Assembly: GCA_030141605.1 (NCBI GenBank)
Contig: JAQGDQ010000062.1
Coordinates: 620,001 to 684,000 of the forward strand
From: Tubiluchus corallicola
Taxonomy: Eukaryota; Animalia; Priapulida
Direction: 5' to 3'
DNA: 64,000 nt
Below, piece by piece: positions 1 to 13,087 of the stretch. Made by a program: the position numbers and the translations under genes. Numbering within the stretch: the stretch's first letter is position 1; each line of letters opens with the position of its first letter. Under the pieces are notes generated by a model. The model had not been told where the DNA came from, did no database searches, and saw only the letters and a list, made by a program, of their open reading frames with translations.

Positions 1-1936
1 CTTTTACACATGTTGTGGTTATGTCTGAAATATTAAAATAAAATAAGTTGAAAGGGCTAACGCAAAGTTGCTTTTGTTATTTTTGTGTGTTTCTAGACCA
101 AAGTTCTTTTCAGCAGAATTAACGTATGGTCCATCATGAACTTTCAAAATTTTTAGCTTGGTTTAACCATTAACATTTTACAAACCATTTATTAACACAT
201 TGTAGCAGTGCAATACCGCGCACTTTACAAAAACTAACATCCCCTTAAAAGCAATTTGTGACAACATTTAAAGAAGTTGTGATTACTTACTATAATTCTT
301 TTGTAAATTTAATTACCTGACGCTGACTGCTACTGTGTAGTAGAAACGTTCGTTTGTTATCGTGGGATGTTTAACAAAGTAAATAATATTTAGCAACGCT
401 TACTTTCGATTACACGTATTCCTATGTTATTATGTACAATATCATATACTTCGGCTAAACCCTCCACGCCGTTAATGTTGTATTCTCCAGTCACGTGACC
501 AGGACGTCTGCAAGTAAGGATAGCACCTGGCTTCAATCACTGTTTTTATAATGTTTACAAAAATGCATAGGAAACAAGGAATTGACGATTAGATAAAAAA
601 AAACGTACCAAGCAAAACCTAAACTAGCCTATAAAAGAGTACGCACATTAAAAGACACCATACTTACGGCAACTAGCCTAATTGAAGGAGGCACACATAC
701 ATGCAATAAAAATCTATTAAAATGAGTTCATATCAAAGAAAATTTTTATTTGGCAACGCGATCTGGAAGCTTGCAATTCTACCGACATATAAACCACACG
801 CATCTATTAAAGGCTGATCCTTCATTCTATCGTTGGATATATAAGAAACTGATTATAACAATATTGGTTTAGCGGTATTTTCTCACCTCAAGAACTGGCT
901 TCGACTCTGCAAAACACAAAAAGCACAAGTGAATTAAAAACTTATAAAATTCAATTCAGTTTACTTAAGTTTAACTTGAGTACACCTAACAGTGATTTTT
1001 CTATCAGAATTGTGTAGAAACAGTGGAAAGTTCGAGTAGTCGCGTTATGCTTAGTTAACGTGGTGCAACAATAATAATGTGCATGAGAAAAAAGAGAAAG
1101 AAAGAATAATAAGAATAACAAGACGGAAAAGTCGAAAACATGAACAAAAAAGTGAAAAGAAAAGGGAATGAAAACAGAAAAAGGAAATGTAGAAAAAAGA
1201 AGAACAACATTACTCTACGCAGGCAATCGTTTTAGATATATGTAATGAAATTACAATTAAAGCATCTATGGGAATAACATTAAGGTATTTTCCTGATTAA
1301 AAACGTAAAGTATCAGCTTATGTTTTAACGAAAAAAAAATTAATCAAATGCACGTTATCCTTTAGTTTAAATAATTTACTGACTCAGACTCAGTGGAATG
1401 AGTTAACAACACGACAATGAGAAATCGGAGTCTTCATGATTTACTTCATCCATGGACTCATTAGATTGTGAAAGGTTTGACTACATAAAAACCTCTGCTT
1501 TGATTATTATTTCTTTAGCTGATTTACAAGAAATAATAGAAAAACAAAGCTTCACAAATAAACTAGAGAAACTGTGTAATAATTTTGACCGAGTAAGTAC
1601 AGCAATGAATATATCCCTAGAAAGTCCTACAAAAACTTGTTCAGACAAACAAAAAACAGCATAAATCAGGAATCAAACTTACACAAGTAAATAAATGAGA
1701 ACGAACTTAACTACAAGGGTGATTTTGCTGCACCAGTTACATGGAAATGTCCAATTGGATGCTGTGAACAACTGCGAAACAAAATTTCATCAGAGTTGCA
1801 AGGATGCAGCAGTACACAGCATCAGAAACATCGTGAAACATGCAGGTTTTAATAAAATTTTAATTAATGAAAAAACCAATAGACATACAAGTGTGATTAA
1901 TACTGCAGTGAGGTGAATCAGTAATAACAATTTCAT
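1..1936 (-). CDS. 5' part of a putative secreted-protein gene (coding exons 1936-1889, 906-887, 24-<1)
   Basis: Minus strand: acceptor ttttcttacag at 1973, ATG 1936, MKLLLLIHLTAVLITL, donor GTATGT at 1888. Acceptor tgttttgcag, 20-nt exon 906-887, donor GTGAGA. Acceptor atatttcag at 25. Joined frame is open: MKLLLLIHLTAVLITLSRSQFLRHNHNMCK..., resembling a signal peptide. Exon joining is inferred. Confidence 0.5.
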
Positions 1937-2787
1937 TTTGTTTGGCTTTTCTTCGCTTGTGTAAGCAAGAATCTGTAAGAAAAACAAATATAATCATTAC
2001 AAAAGAAACACGACTAAAAACATGCTGTTTCGAGGGTTTTTTTATTGATTTTTTGTTTTGTTTTTGTTTGTTACGCTATGCCTTTGGATAGCTGCTGCTG
2101 CTGCTGCTTGCTAAGCACCTCGGTTGCCATGCCATTTCACTCATTCACTTAGTTATTCACTGCCTCACATATTCATGACAGCTTTTATTTACTCACTTTT
2201 CCACCCACACGCCCCCATATCCGTTCATTTTTTTTATTCGTTCATTAAGTCGTGCATTCGTTAATTTGTTTTTTCGTTCACTGATTCATTTACTCATTCA
2301 GTTGAATATCGCTTTACTCATTCCTTCATTCATTCATTTGTTCTTTCGTTTATTCGTTTATATTATACGTTCATTCGTTTACGGTCATTTGCAGACTTAG
2401 TCTTTCACTTAGTGAATTAGAAAGGGTGAGAGAGAGGGGGAAAAAACTGTCAGAAACTGGGGAGAAACACAAGAGGGAGGGAGAGAGAAATAGACAGAAA
2501 GAGAAACAGTTTCTTTGCTTAGATCTGTTAGGCTAGATTTCTAGATTGTAATATTGTGTAGTTTACATAATTATGTTTTTCTAATAAGATTTGTCTCATT
2601 CAGCGTAACATAGCATAACGTAACACGACACAACATAACAGTTTGTTCATTATTTTCACTTAGCTATAATAACAAGAAGATTTCTGCCTAAAGCAGATGC
2701 TTGAAGGCAGAGTATGGAAAGAAAATTAGGAAGTAAATGAATAATTAAATGAGATTAGTAAAAGAAGTGAATCGAATGATTTTGTAA

Positions 2788-3064
2788 GACTGGGAAACAT
2801 TCCAGGAATACTTGCGGCGATCAAAATGGAACATTATCATCTGGACCGGGAAACGTTCCAGGAATACTTTCGGCAAATGGAACATTATCATCTGGACCGG
2901 GAAACGTTCCAGGAATACTTTCGGCGATCAAAATGGAACATTATCATCTGGACCGGGAAACGTTCCAGGAATACTTTCGGCGATCAAAATGGAACATTAT
3001 CATCTGGACCGGGAAACGTTCCAGGAATACTTGCGGCGATCAAAATGGAACATTATCATCTGGA
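2788..3064. repeat. 56-bp minisatellite, ~5 copies
   Basis: Unit gaccgggaaacgttccaggaatactttcggcgatcaaaatggaacattatcatctg; one copy has a 5-bp deletion. Confidence 0.95.
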
Positions 3065-4211
3065 TACAGATTAATATTTTCGGAATTTCTTCAGATGCTA
3101 AACTATCGGTATTGGCTTGTAATTTGATTTGTATCTGCAATTAAATTATTGTTGAAGGGAAGACAGGATGATTTTTCATATGTACTACCCCATTTTAAAG
3201 TCCGATAAAAAGTATACACCGTATATTTTAACACAATTAATGCTGCAAAAGTGTTTCTAACGGCAAGCGAGCTAACTATTGATGACATCACAAGCTAATA
3301 TAATTTTCAACAGCAAAAATATTCCACGAGTTTTCACGAGCGCGTTGCATGTGTTTGCGAAAGCGAAAATTGAAGTACAGTGCTACTGTAAGATATTCAG
3401 TGTATTGTTCTAAAACTAGGCAAGATTCAAGGTAAAAATTCAAATTTTAAATTTAGCGCAAGTTTACCGCTGTACCACGCATGAGCTGTCGAACGTGTGT
3501 AATTCGTCACAAACTAACTCATCTGAACTGAGAGGTACAGCACTGTTTTTTTTGTGCAATGCGCTTCCGAAATGCAGGCGGTAGTACCTGTGTAACGAGT
3601 GAATGGCGAAATGCATGTACCAGCGAAGAACTAGTGGCGCGGACTAAAGTGAAATTGTTTCTGTGTGGTAATAATTGTTTCACGTAAGTCATTTTTGAAA
3701 AAATAGTATGTTTCCGTTCAATATTTTGAAAAGTAGATTCTTTTGACTTACAGTTAAAGATTGGGTTTCGGTTTTGCTTGAAGATTCAGGTGATTGATGA
3801 AGAAAGAAGGCTGTTATTAGTTTACGCAATATCTGCACTTCAGAAAGCTCAGATCACTGGTTTCTGCTAATCTTCGTTTTATTTGGCCGCTAAAATAGCC
3901 CCAAAGCCTTGCTTTGCAGGGCGAACAGCCTAATAATTTTTGTTAAAAGCCACGACAACAACATCATAAATCTTTAATAAATGCTTAATTATATACTACA
4001 GCTGCTCCACATTTTTAGATTTAAATCCTTAAAGAAATGTAAAATGTATCTGGTAGACAAAAGAAATGAAATTTCAACAAGAGAGACAATTTCAATAAGA
4101 TTTTCTTATTTGCCACTTTCCTAAAATCGGCTTCATACGAAGAGCCTTCGCAACACGAGCTGCTCGTCCCAAAAGTAGTTTTCCTTCTGTTTCTCATTTC
4201 ATCTTTCCACA

Positions 4212-4219
<8 letters not shown>

Positions 4220-4282
<63 letters not shown>
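4220..4282. repeat. (CT)n microsatellite
   Basis: Direct reading. Confidence 0.97.
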
Positions 4283-5175
4283 TGTAATAATGAAGCGCTC
4301 ACTCTATAGTTTTTGGTAACTTTTTTAATATTTTAGAATTTAAACATAGTTTCGTTTGCAGATCAGGCTAAAATAACTTCTCTTGTGCTTTAGCTTCTAG
4401 CTGTTGCATTTTTCCAATAGTCATTTTTCCATGAATGAAATTCCCGTCCTTATTTGTGCAAACCATAATCACTCTGACCTTGATGGCGTGCGTACAAAGT
4501 AAAAAACAAGCCGTTTCCCTGTATTTGCTCTACAATTCAGCAGTAGCTTCAAATCACCACAAAGGAAAAGAAAAACATCACGTCAATGTGTTCATTGGGT
4601 TAATGTCATTTCATTCATAACTTCTGACCGATACTTGATGGCGCAGAACCCCTTTTTGTTGCAATTTGTACACCACCACATACCAGATTTGTTTTTTCCT
4701 TTAGTTCGTTCCTTTACTCGATCGTTCACTCACTCAACAATCTTGCCAAATCAAACCAGTAGCCTATTTATTCATACAATTATTCACCATTTTATAGTTT
4801 TTATAGTCAACACATTTTTAACAACAAGAACAATAACATTAATACTAAATATGAAAAATAAAGAATAATAATTCGTTCACCCATTTGATCGTTCACTCTT
4901 GTTATCTACTTTATTTATTAGTTTAATCATTGTGGTCATTTTATTTAATCTTTTATCTATTTATACGTTTTAGTCATCATTCAGTTACTTAGTCACTCAG
5001 TCTATTGCGTTGACTGTTTGTCTGTTCATTTGTTCGTTCGTCCGTACGTTTTTTGCTGGTTATTCGATTTGTCCCAAATGTTTGCTCTTTCATTCAATCA
5101 CACTCATTCAACACGCAACCCTTCTTCAGTCTTCACACGTTTAAGAATTAAACTACAGCACCTCAGAGTCAACCG

Positions 5176-5276
5176 GTGTGCACGGTATGCTAGAATCAAA
5201 CGTGTGCAAGGTATGCTAGAATCAAAGGTGTGCAAGGTATGCTAGAATCAAAGGTGTGCAAGATATGCTAAAATCA
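5176..5276. repeat. 26-bp minisatellite, ~4 copies
   Basis: Unit gtgtgcaaggtatgctagaatcaaag. Confidence 0.9.
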
Positions 5277-6627
5277 CAGGGGAATTGCAAACATGGAGGC
5301 AATTACGATGTTTAATGATGTGTTTCGGACTTCCGGGGCCGTTGTCCAAAAATCTTAAAGACGTTTGATCTTGTCCAAAATCGCAAATGTAAACAACTTA
5401 TCGCGCACAGTAGGTTACTACTGCTTGCAGACGCTTAACTCTTTCTGCCCGCGCAACAATGCAGCCGATAATCTGTGTTGACCTACAATTTACAGATGAA
5501 ATGAAGGTCACTTTTTTCACAACTGATTTAGTGAAATTGTATCACAAACTGTATCCCTTTTTTCGATGTTATGATTTTGATGTTCTACTGCTAAGGAGAA
5601 TACTGTTCTTCTTTTTATTTACGCTTGCGCAATAAAAAACCGGTACTGTTAATTTAAGCGCATCATTTTATGGCAAAATTGCAGTAAGTAAAACCTAGAA
5701 GTGCACTGAAATCCCACTATATAAAAATCAACTGATCTTCAAATTCTATTATGTGTGTGGGCTTCGAGTGAAAATAAGTTGAATTTACGCAGGACGTCTC
5801 AGATGTGTCACATATTATGAAGAAGAAGAACTGAAAAGAAGTAAAAGAAACAAGATGCCCACAAGTCCTGGTAAACACACAAATGAATGCCATTTTGCCA
5901 AACCGTTTAAACCAGTTTTTTCGAATATTTAGGTATTAAATTTTTACAGTTATATATTTTGTGTACTTGATACCTGTCAGCATTGCTTATTGGCTGCAGC
6001 CGTTAAAGCCTACTGATTTCAAAACTTTAGCAAATTTTGTTACGACAACATATTGTAGAATGCCTCGGTTTGTCTAGGTAAAACATACATTATAATCTCC
6101 ATTACTTTCCCGTTCGTTTTATCCATATTTGTCACATGTCTACTGCACTGTTTTTTGGAACACTCTTAATCTTCATTAAATCATAGAAATGTATTTTGTC
6201 CTTTGAAGGCTGCAGTAGTGGGAAACTTCTACAACGTAATTAGGGAATGTATAGAAAGTCACAAATTGTGCTATTTGAAATTGTTAACCAGTTTAAATTA
6301 TATAATTATACAAATTTATGATAAATCAACAGAAGTACGCATAAGTACTTCAATTTTTTTTTCAAACGTCAGCCATGTGAAACACGTATACTTTGAATTG
6401 TACAAAATATGGATTTTATCAACGCGACGCATGCCTTGCATTATCACTGTTTTAATTCTTATCTCATTGTTCTTTTATCTACATAAATCAACGTCTTAAC
6501 AAGCATTTCATTACGCTTTTGTGTATTAATGCAGATCTAATTTTCTTTTACATTTTTGCATATTAATTATTTTTACATGTAAGCGATGCTGAGACGCAGT
6601 ATAATGCTGTAAAAATCAATAAATATC

Positions 6628-6628
<1 letters not shown>

Positions 6629-6669
<41 letters not shown>

Positions 6670-6974
6670 TATATTATATTATATTATATTATATTATATT
6701 ATATTATATTATATTATATTATATTATATTATATTATATTATATTATATTATATTATATTATATTATATTATATTATATTATATTATATTATATTATATT
6801 ATATTATATTATATTATATTATATTATATTATATTATATTATATTATATTATATTATATTATATTATATTATATTATATTATATTATATTATATTATATT
6901 ATATTATATTATATTATATTATATTATATTATATTATATTATATTATATTATATTATATTATATTATATATATT
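6629..6974. repeat. Compound (ATT)n-(ATATT)n microsatellite
   Basis: Short ATT run followed by ~300 bp of perfect ATATT. Confidence 0.98.
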
Positions 6975-8073
6975 AAGCGAAAATGACATAGAGCTGTGTT
7001 GCAGCAGCTGTGGAGGTGTCTTGCATACGTACGTCCACTGCCTACGAGTCAGGTCAGGACAGTGTCCATGATGGTCAGCGTGACAGTATAGTGTGCACTG
7101 AATCACGCATGAAAGCCTAGAATATTTCACAGCCTAACTTTAAGAGGTTGGTAGTCAATTGCTTTTTGTTTATTTTCTCTTTTGTCTTCTTAGTGGCGTG
7201 TGTACAAAGCAATAGGGAAGACCAGTCAATTTCTTGAATTTTGTGTAAAAAATTCAGAATTTCTTTTCTTTTAAGGGCAAGTTAGAATGTATCAGTAGAA
7301 TGATGTAGCAATACTGTTTAAATACGAGCAATAGGAAAAGCAATGGAGCATATTCCTGTCAGTTACAGCATAATTACACTAACGTTAACACGAGTTTGTC
7401 ATTCAGAGCTTCTAACTGTCTGTTCTTCAAATAACTTCATTTCATACGTTTTTTGACTGTCTGACTAGCAGGATTACGTGAAAGCCTATAATCATGTTGT
7501 TAATGAAATTTGTCAGACATTAATGTCAAAACCGTCTACTCAGTCAAGAACTTCTCAGCTGTACGATTAGCACTCCAACAAATTACGCTTAATGGCAAAT
7601 TGTTCATGCTTTAGTATATGAAGATGCCAACAAAACAGACATGAGATTTTTCAATTTTGTTGAATGTGATTTAACTTTGCAAAAAATGAACATAAAATGA
7701 TGTTACCGTAAACTAAGCTTGATGAATAAGTTTTTCAAGGTCGTTCGTTTAAGTTACGTAAAAGTTTTTGGGACAGTATAATAGTAGTCGCATTTCCATA
7801 CATACATACTGCACGTGGGAAAAGAGGGTTGCGCGTTTGTTTGAAGCATTGGCAAGTCGCAGTTGGTAAATATTATGGTTTGAAACTTCAAATAAACATT
7901 AGCTATACAAAGCAATGTACAAATAAAACACAGGAGTGAACTTCCCGGTAAAAATTCTAGTGTCTTAGATTGTTACAAACGTGTCCTACGCGCTAAAATC
8001 CTGGATAAACACATATTTCTGTTAAGATTGTTTCCGGTTGTCATTTACATAATAGAGTTAATGGAGTTACCAC

Positions 8074-8310
8074 GCTGCAAGACATTAACCCTGCTGGGTC
8101 TGCTGCAAGACATTAACCCTGCTGGGTCTGCTGCAAGACATTAACCCTGCTGGGTCTGCTGCAAGGCATTAACCCTGCTGGGTCTGCTGCAATGTATTAA
8201 CCCTGCTGGGTCTGCTGCAATGTATTAACCCTGCTGGGTCTGCTGCAATGTATTAACCCTGCTGGGTCTGCTGCAAGACATTAACCCTGCTGGGTCTGCT
8301 GCAAGACATT
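8074..8310. repeat. 28-bp minisatellite, ~8.5 copies
   Basis: Unit gctgcaagacattaaccctgctgggtct, with variant gcaatgtatt in three adjacent copies. Confidence 0.95.
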
Positions 8311-8898
8311 TTTTGCGAGCAATCAGTGAAATGAAGCAAGTTCGAATTTTTGTATGGCTTAAAAACGTAACATATACTAATAGAGGTCATTCTCAGATGT
8401 GAGGCAGACATAATGACAAAACAGGAATGGGAATTCAGAATGTGTAATGCTTCTAGTTTTTGGTTTACAATACCAGAACGACAATGACAAACTTTTGGTA
8501 CTTGTAGTAGTGCTAGATTTTTACGTTGAAACTCTATGCTTATCACAACAGCAAAGGAACAAGACATTATTGAAAAAGATACTGAGTGTCAGTACGTACA
8601 AAAGTTAAATTCAGTCGAAATGCTTTTGACGTTCAACCGGTAACGGAGATAATAACATGAGACTGATGTTCGAACGCTTGCCCGTTGTTGTCGTCGCTGT
8701 TTTCTTACATATACAGCTCGCAACAGTGCAAGGCGAAGTCTACATAGCGTAGGTGAATTGGGACTCACTTCAAAATCAAATATGAGACACTGAGCCAGAC
8801 AACGCCCAGCCATGTTCAGATATGGGCTATATCTTCCCTTAGTAACATACATACACTGAGTCATGCCGTTTTGGTAATTGGAACGGTGCTGGCTTATG

Positions 8899-8948
8899 GG
8901 CGGTAAGCCATCTATTTCCTGACTACGCCTAAGGTTGCTTAACTTCGG
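8899..8948 (-). pseudogene. 5S rRNA-derived fragment (internal control region); SINE3-like head or 5S pseudogene
   Basis: Minus strand CCGAAGTTAAGCAACCTTAGGCGTAGTCAGGAAATAGATGGCTTACCGCC aligns without gaps to the recalled invertebrate 5S segment CCGAAGTTAAGCAAC...TTAGTACTTGGATGGGTGACCGCC (A box to C box); flanks are not 5S. Confidence 0.65.
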
Positions 8949-11717
8949 CCACTAAGCACACACTTCCAAACACAACCATTCAGTTATTCCCCTCGTCCCG
9001 AAACCTATAATGCTAAATTAGTTGAAATATTAATAATTACAGCTCAGTTTTTTGCACATTAACATTGTTAACATTAAGACCTGCGATGCGCAATATCCGA
9101 CACTGTTCCTGAACTAGACCACTACCCTACAGCCCACAGCGTGCATAGTCTTGGAACCTACGTTGTGAAATGAATTTAGTAGAAGTTACTAAATGTGTGG
9201 CACCACCCGCAAGCAAACATGAGATTGTGCGGCGTAAGAATCTTAAAGAGATTACTTTAGCAAGAAGTTCATGTTTGTTTTAGATTAAATAAAGATTTCA
9301 GAATTTTCTTGATACATATTAAATCCATTCCACGCTTAAATTTTTCATTAGGACGGTTAAGATGCAAAAGCGGCAAAAGCTGCATAAATCTAGTAGGCCA
9401 CTTGATGTTAATCGCAAACATAATGTTATGGGTTAGCGAATTAATCACATCGGTTAAATCACGTGATACAAATGTCCTTTAAATTCAAACCTGGTTTAAA
9501 TTTAGATCTAGGGGTTTAGTGTTCCGTTTTGTTCGTTATTGTTGTTGAAATACATCTATATGTGAGTAGAAATCTTCAATAAATGTAATACTAGACAGGA
9601 AAGCATAATAAAGTAATAAAAAAACCTATTATTGTTTTCAACCAACCATTGTGGACTATCCTCGGGTAAAAAAGTATAAAATGTGCGCAAATTGCCATTT
9701 AAATCTAATGAAACTTAGTTTAACTAAGCAGAAAATTGCCTGCAGAAAACAAACCAGATCAAACTTTTTATTCTTTTTTCTGTACACTACTTTGTTGTCT
9801 TTTCAGTGATAGAACCGGAATGCCCTCGCACAACTTTTTCCGTGCAAATGAAAATAAAGCAAAAGTGTCTGTAAAATAACTAAGGAGTTTCTCAGCTTAC
9901 AATGGAATCGGGCCAGAAAAATGCAGGTCTTATAGGTCACGAAAATAGTTCAGGAGTGTCAAATATATTGGACTTTTTAATAAATTAAAGTGTGAATTAA
10001 GATTATGCTTAATTGGCGTTCGTCATTACGGGTTATTTGAACGGGTCATTTGAATTCCAAGTGAGAAGGAATTGACGCTATTAATTTTGATTAACTGACA
10101 ATTATTAATTCAGGTTCAGTGTGCTACCCATCTATAACACTTATACAAACGTTATTTTAGGTTAAATCACAACTGCCCAACCTTGTTATCCATTATAATT
10201 TATATATCAACATAAATATTGACTGGCAGCTTAACGGATATGTAATTTTCGCGGGCATGAAGCTCCAGCGATTTCATGCATCGCTTTTCTTAAAAATTTA
10301 TAATTTTATATAGTCGAAAGAAAAAGAATCTTCGTTTTTCAAATCAGGCCGTCGAAGAAAACGAGATGCGAGAACCCATCACTTTCGCCACGCCCTTAAG
10401 CCATCTTGGTAAAAATTATACCTTCGTAATGTAGACTCAGTTGTCGAATTCAAATACGAAGTCCTAATAGCGTAGAGTTATCTCGTAGAGGAAAGAAAGA
10501 CACTCTTTCACTCACCAATACTTTGCCACTTAAAGTGAATAGTTCCTCCAAAAAACCTACGCAAGAAAAGGTAAATGAAAAACAAGGCTTTATTAAAAAA
10601 GCTAATGATTTGCACGAATGACATAGGAGCGGTTTAATTCGACATTCAATATAATTCATAATTTCGTGATTTCTCACTTAAACATTACAGAAGTCCTACA
10701 TGGGGCTTAAAATATTGCTGCTGTGACATCAATTACTTCTGCATGAAAGCTCTGCGTGAAATGTTCGCGCAATATTGATCATTTGTGAGTGAGCTACAAA
10801 CTTAATCATGCTTCAGTGTCACGTTGTAATTACAGATTTCAAAATCACTTTACTTTGCCAAAATGTTTTTGCAAGACTTTGCAAGTTGTTGTTGATTCAT
10901 GCAATCATAGCATGTGCGATTATAATTTATATCTACACTGGTTGCTATAGAAATATTGGAACTGTTTGTGTCACAGTGTTTACTCAGCACACGTCGACTA
11001 ATGACATTGATAGTTATTAGTACAATTTCAATATCACTTTTATATAAAGTTGACATGCGCTTTCTTGTGGAAGAGTGTTTGTTCTTCAAATGAAAACCAG
11101 TTTTTTTCATGAAAATGTGGAGTTTACTGATCCTCTGCACTTTATATCGCAAAGCGACATGTTAAACCATTGACTGTATTATCGCAATACACAAGTAGCA
11201 TCCAAACTAATTTTTCAGTAAGAAACAATTGACTTTGATTTCGTGTTTGTCAGCTCAGCCTACACGAATTAATCTCAATTACTGTTTTTGGGGGAAAATA
11301 AGTCTCTACTTACTGTTAAAACAACGGAATTGCTTTAGCTATCCAACGTACCTGATGATCACTGATTTGATACTACCCTATACACGCACGCACACAAATT
11401 CAACCAAACAAATCATCCATGCGGTCTAATCATTGTGTTTATATTCCGACTTAGGATTGAATTTAAGACCATTCATGGATCATGGTTTCTTGACTCAGTG
11501 ATACTAACTCAGACGATGATTCGCTATTTGTTGATCACGTGATCCACAAAAGTAGCTGAACTTGGACGATAGTGTACAAAATCATTCAAACAACGAAATC
11601 TACTATTTTACAGAATATATGACGGCTTTTATAGATATTTAAAATTGCCTGACGATGCCTGTGACAACATTTGCTTATTCGCATATTTTTTCGTTTATGT
11701 TAATCCAACATCCCTCC

Positions 11718-11731
11718 ATCTGTCGCTCTCT

Positions 11732-11808
<77 letters not shown>

Positions 11809-11851
11809 GTCTCTCTCTCTCTCTCTCCCTCCCGCCTTCTCTCTCTCTCTC
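11718..11851. repeat. Interrupted (CT)n microsatellite
   Basis: Direct reading. Confidence 0.95.
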
Positions 11852-12474
11852 TTCAGCCACCTTCGTTCATGTGCGCGAATTCATTCATTTCTCTGTTTCT
11901 TAATTAGTTCGTCCGCTCGCAATTGGTTTTTTATTTGTCCTCTTGTTTGTTTATTTCCTTGTTAGAAAGTTGTTCTACCAACTGAATGTTCCATTCATGT
12001 ATTTGTTAATTATTTCGATCAAAGCATGCGTCTACGTTCGTATTTCTCTGCGTCCGTTCGTTTTTTTCGACGTCTTTTATTGTTTGTTAAACATTTAGTT
12101 GCATGATTAGTTACTGGCTTGGCTAGTCAATAGATTGTTTGGTTGGATATCTGGCTAGGTATTTCTTTGTGTACCGAAAGTATACGTTTTTATGTTTGGC
12201 TGGGTATTTCCTTGGCAGGCAGGTTGGTTTGGCAGACTTTTAGCGAATTCGTTTGTTTGTTTGTTTGGAATGTACTCCGGTTTGTAGGTTGATTTGCTGT
12301 GTAGCTGATTATTTGATTAGTTCGTCCAACTTAGTTGTGATTTGCTATACTATCTCAGCGAAATCTTATTAATGTAAGCTTAATAACACAAAAACGACAC
12401 AACATTCGCCCCACCTGGACATTGTCATTATGTTGTAATTAATGAACAAGATTTTCCCACAGCCTAGTTTTTAT

Positions 12475-13087
12475 TACTAGTAAAAATTATCAACTACATC
12501 AGTTGGTCAAAATACTAGTAAAAATTATCAACTATATCAGTTGGTCAAAATACTAGTGAAAATTATCAACTATATCAGTTGGTCAAAATACTAGTGAAAA
12601 TTATCAACTATATCAGTTGGTCAAAATACTAGTGAAAATTATCAACTATATCAGTTGGTCAAAATACTAGTGAAAATTATCAACTATATCAGTTGGTCAA
12701 AATACTAGTAAAAATTATCAACTATATCAGTTGGTCAAAATACTAGTGAAAATTATCAACTATATCAGTTGGTCAAAATACTAGTAAAAATTATCAACTA
12801 TATCAGTTGGTCAAAATACTAGTAAAAATTATCAACTATATCAGTTGGTCAAAATACTAGTGAAAATTATCAACTATATCAGTTGGTCAAAATACTAGTG
12901 AAAATTATCAACTATATCAGTTGGTCAAAATACTAGTGAAAATTATCAACTATATCAGTTGGTCAAAATACTAGTAAAAATTATCAACTATATCAGTTGG
13001 TCAAAATACTAGTCAAAATTATCAACTACATCAGTTCGTCAAAATACTAGTCAAAATTATCAACTACATCAGCTATATCAACTAGTT
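12475..13087. repeat. 38-bp minisatellite, ~16 copies
   Basis: Unit tactagt(a/g)aaaattatcaactatatcagttggtcaaaa; near-identical copies. Confidence 0.97.

Noticed and set aside
2812-3144. Three overlapping short ORFs
   Set aside because: Artefacts of the 56-bp repeat
8074-8310. Telomeric repeat (TAACCC within the unit)
   Set aside because: Only one hexamer per 28-bp unit, not a tandem telomere tract
11645-11965. SL/ER-rich ORFs (also 4021-4302 and 17737-18131)
   Set aside because: Translations of microsatellites
12475-13087. CRISPR-like array (also considered for 2788-3064 and 8074-8310)
   Set aside because: Head-to-tail units with no unique spacers, no cas genes, eukaryotic context
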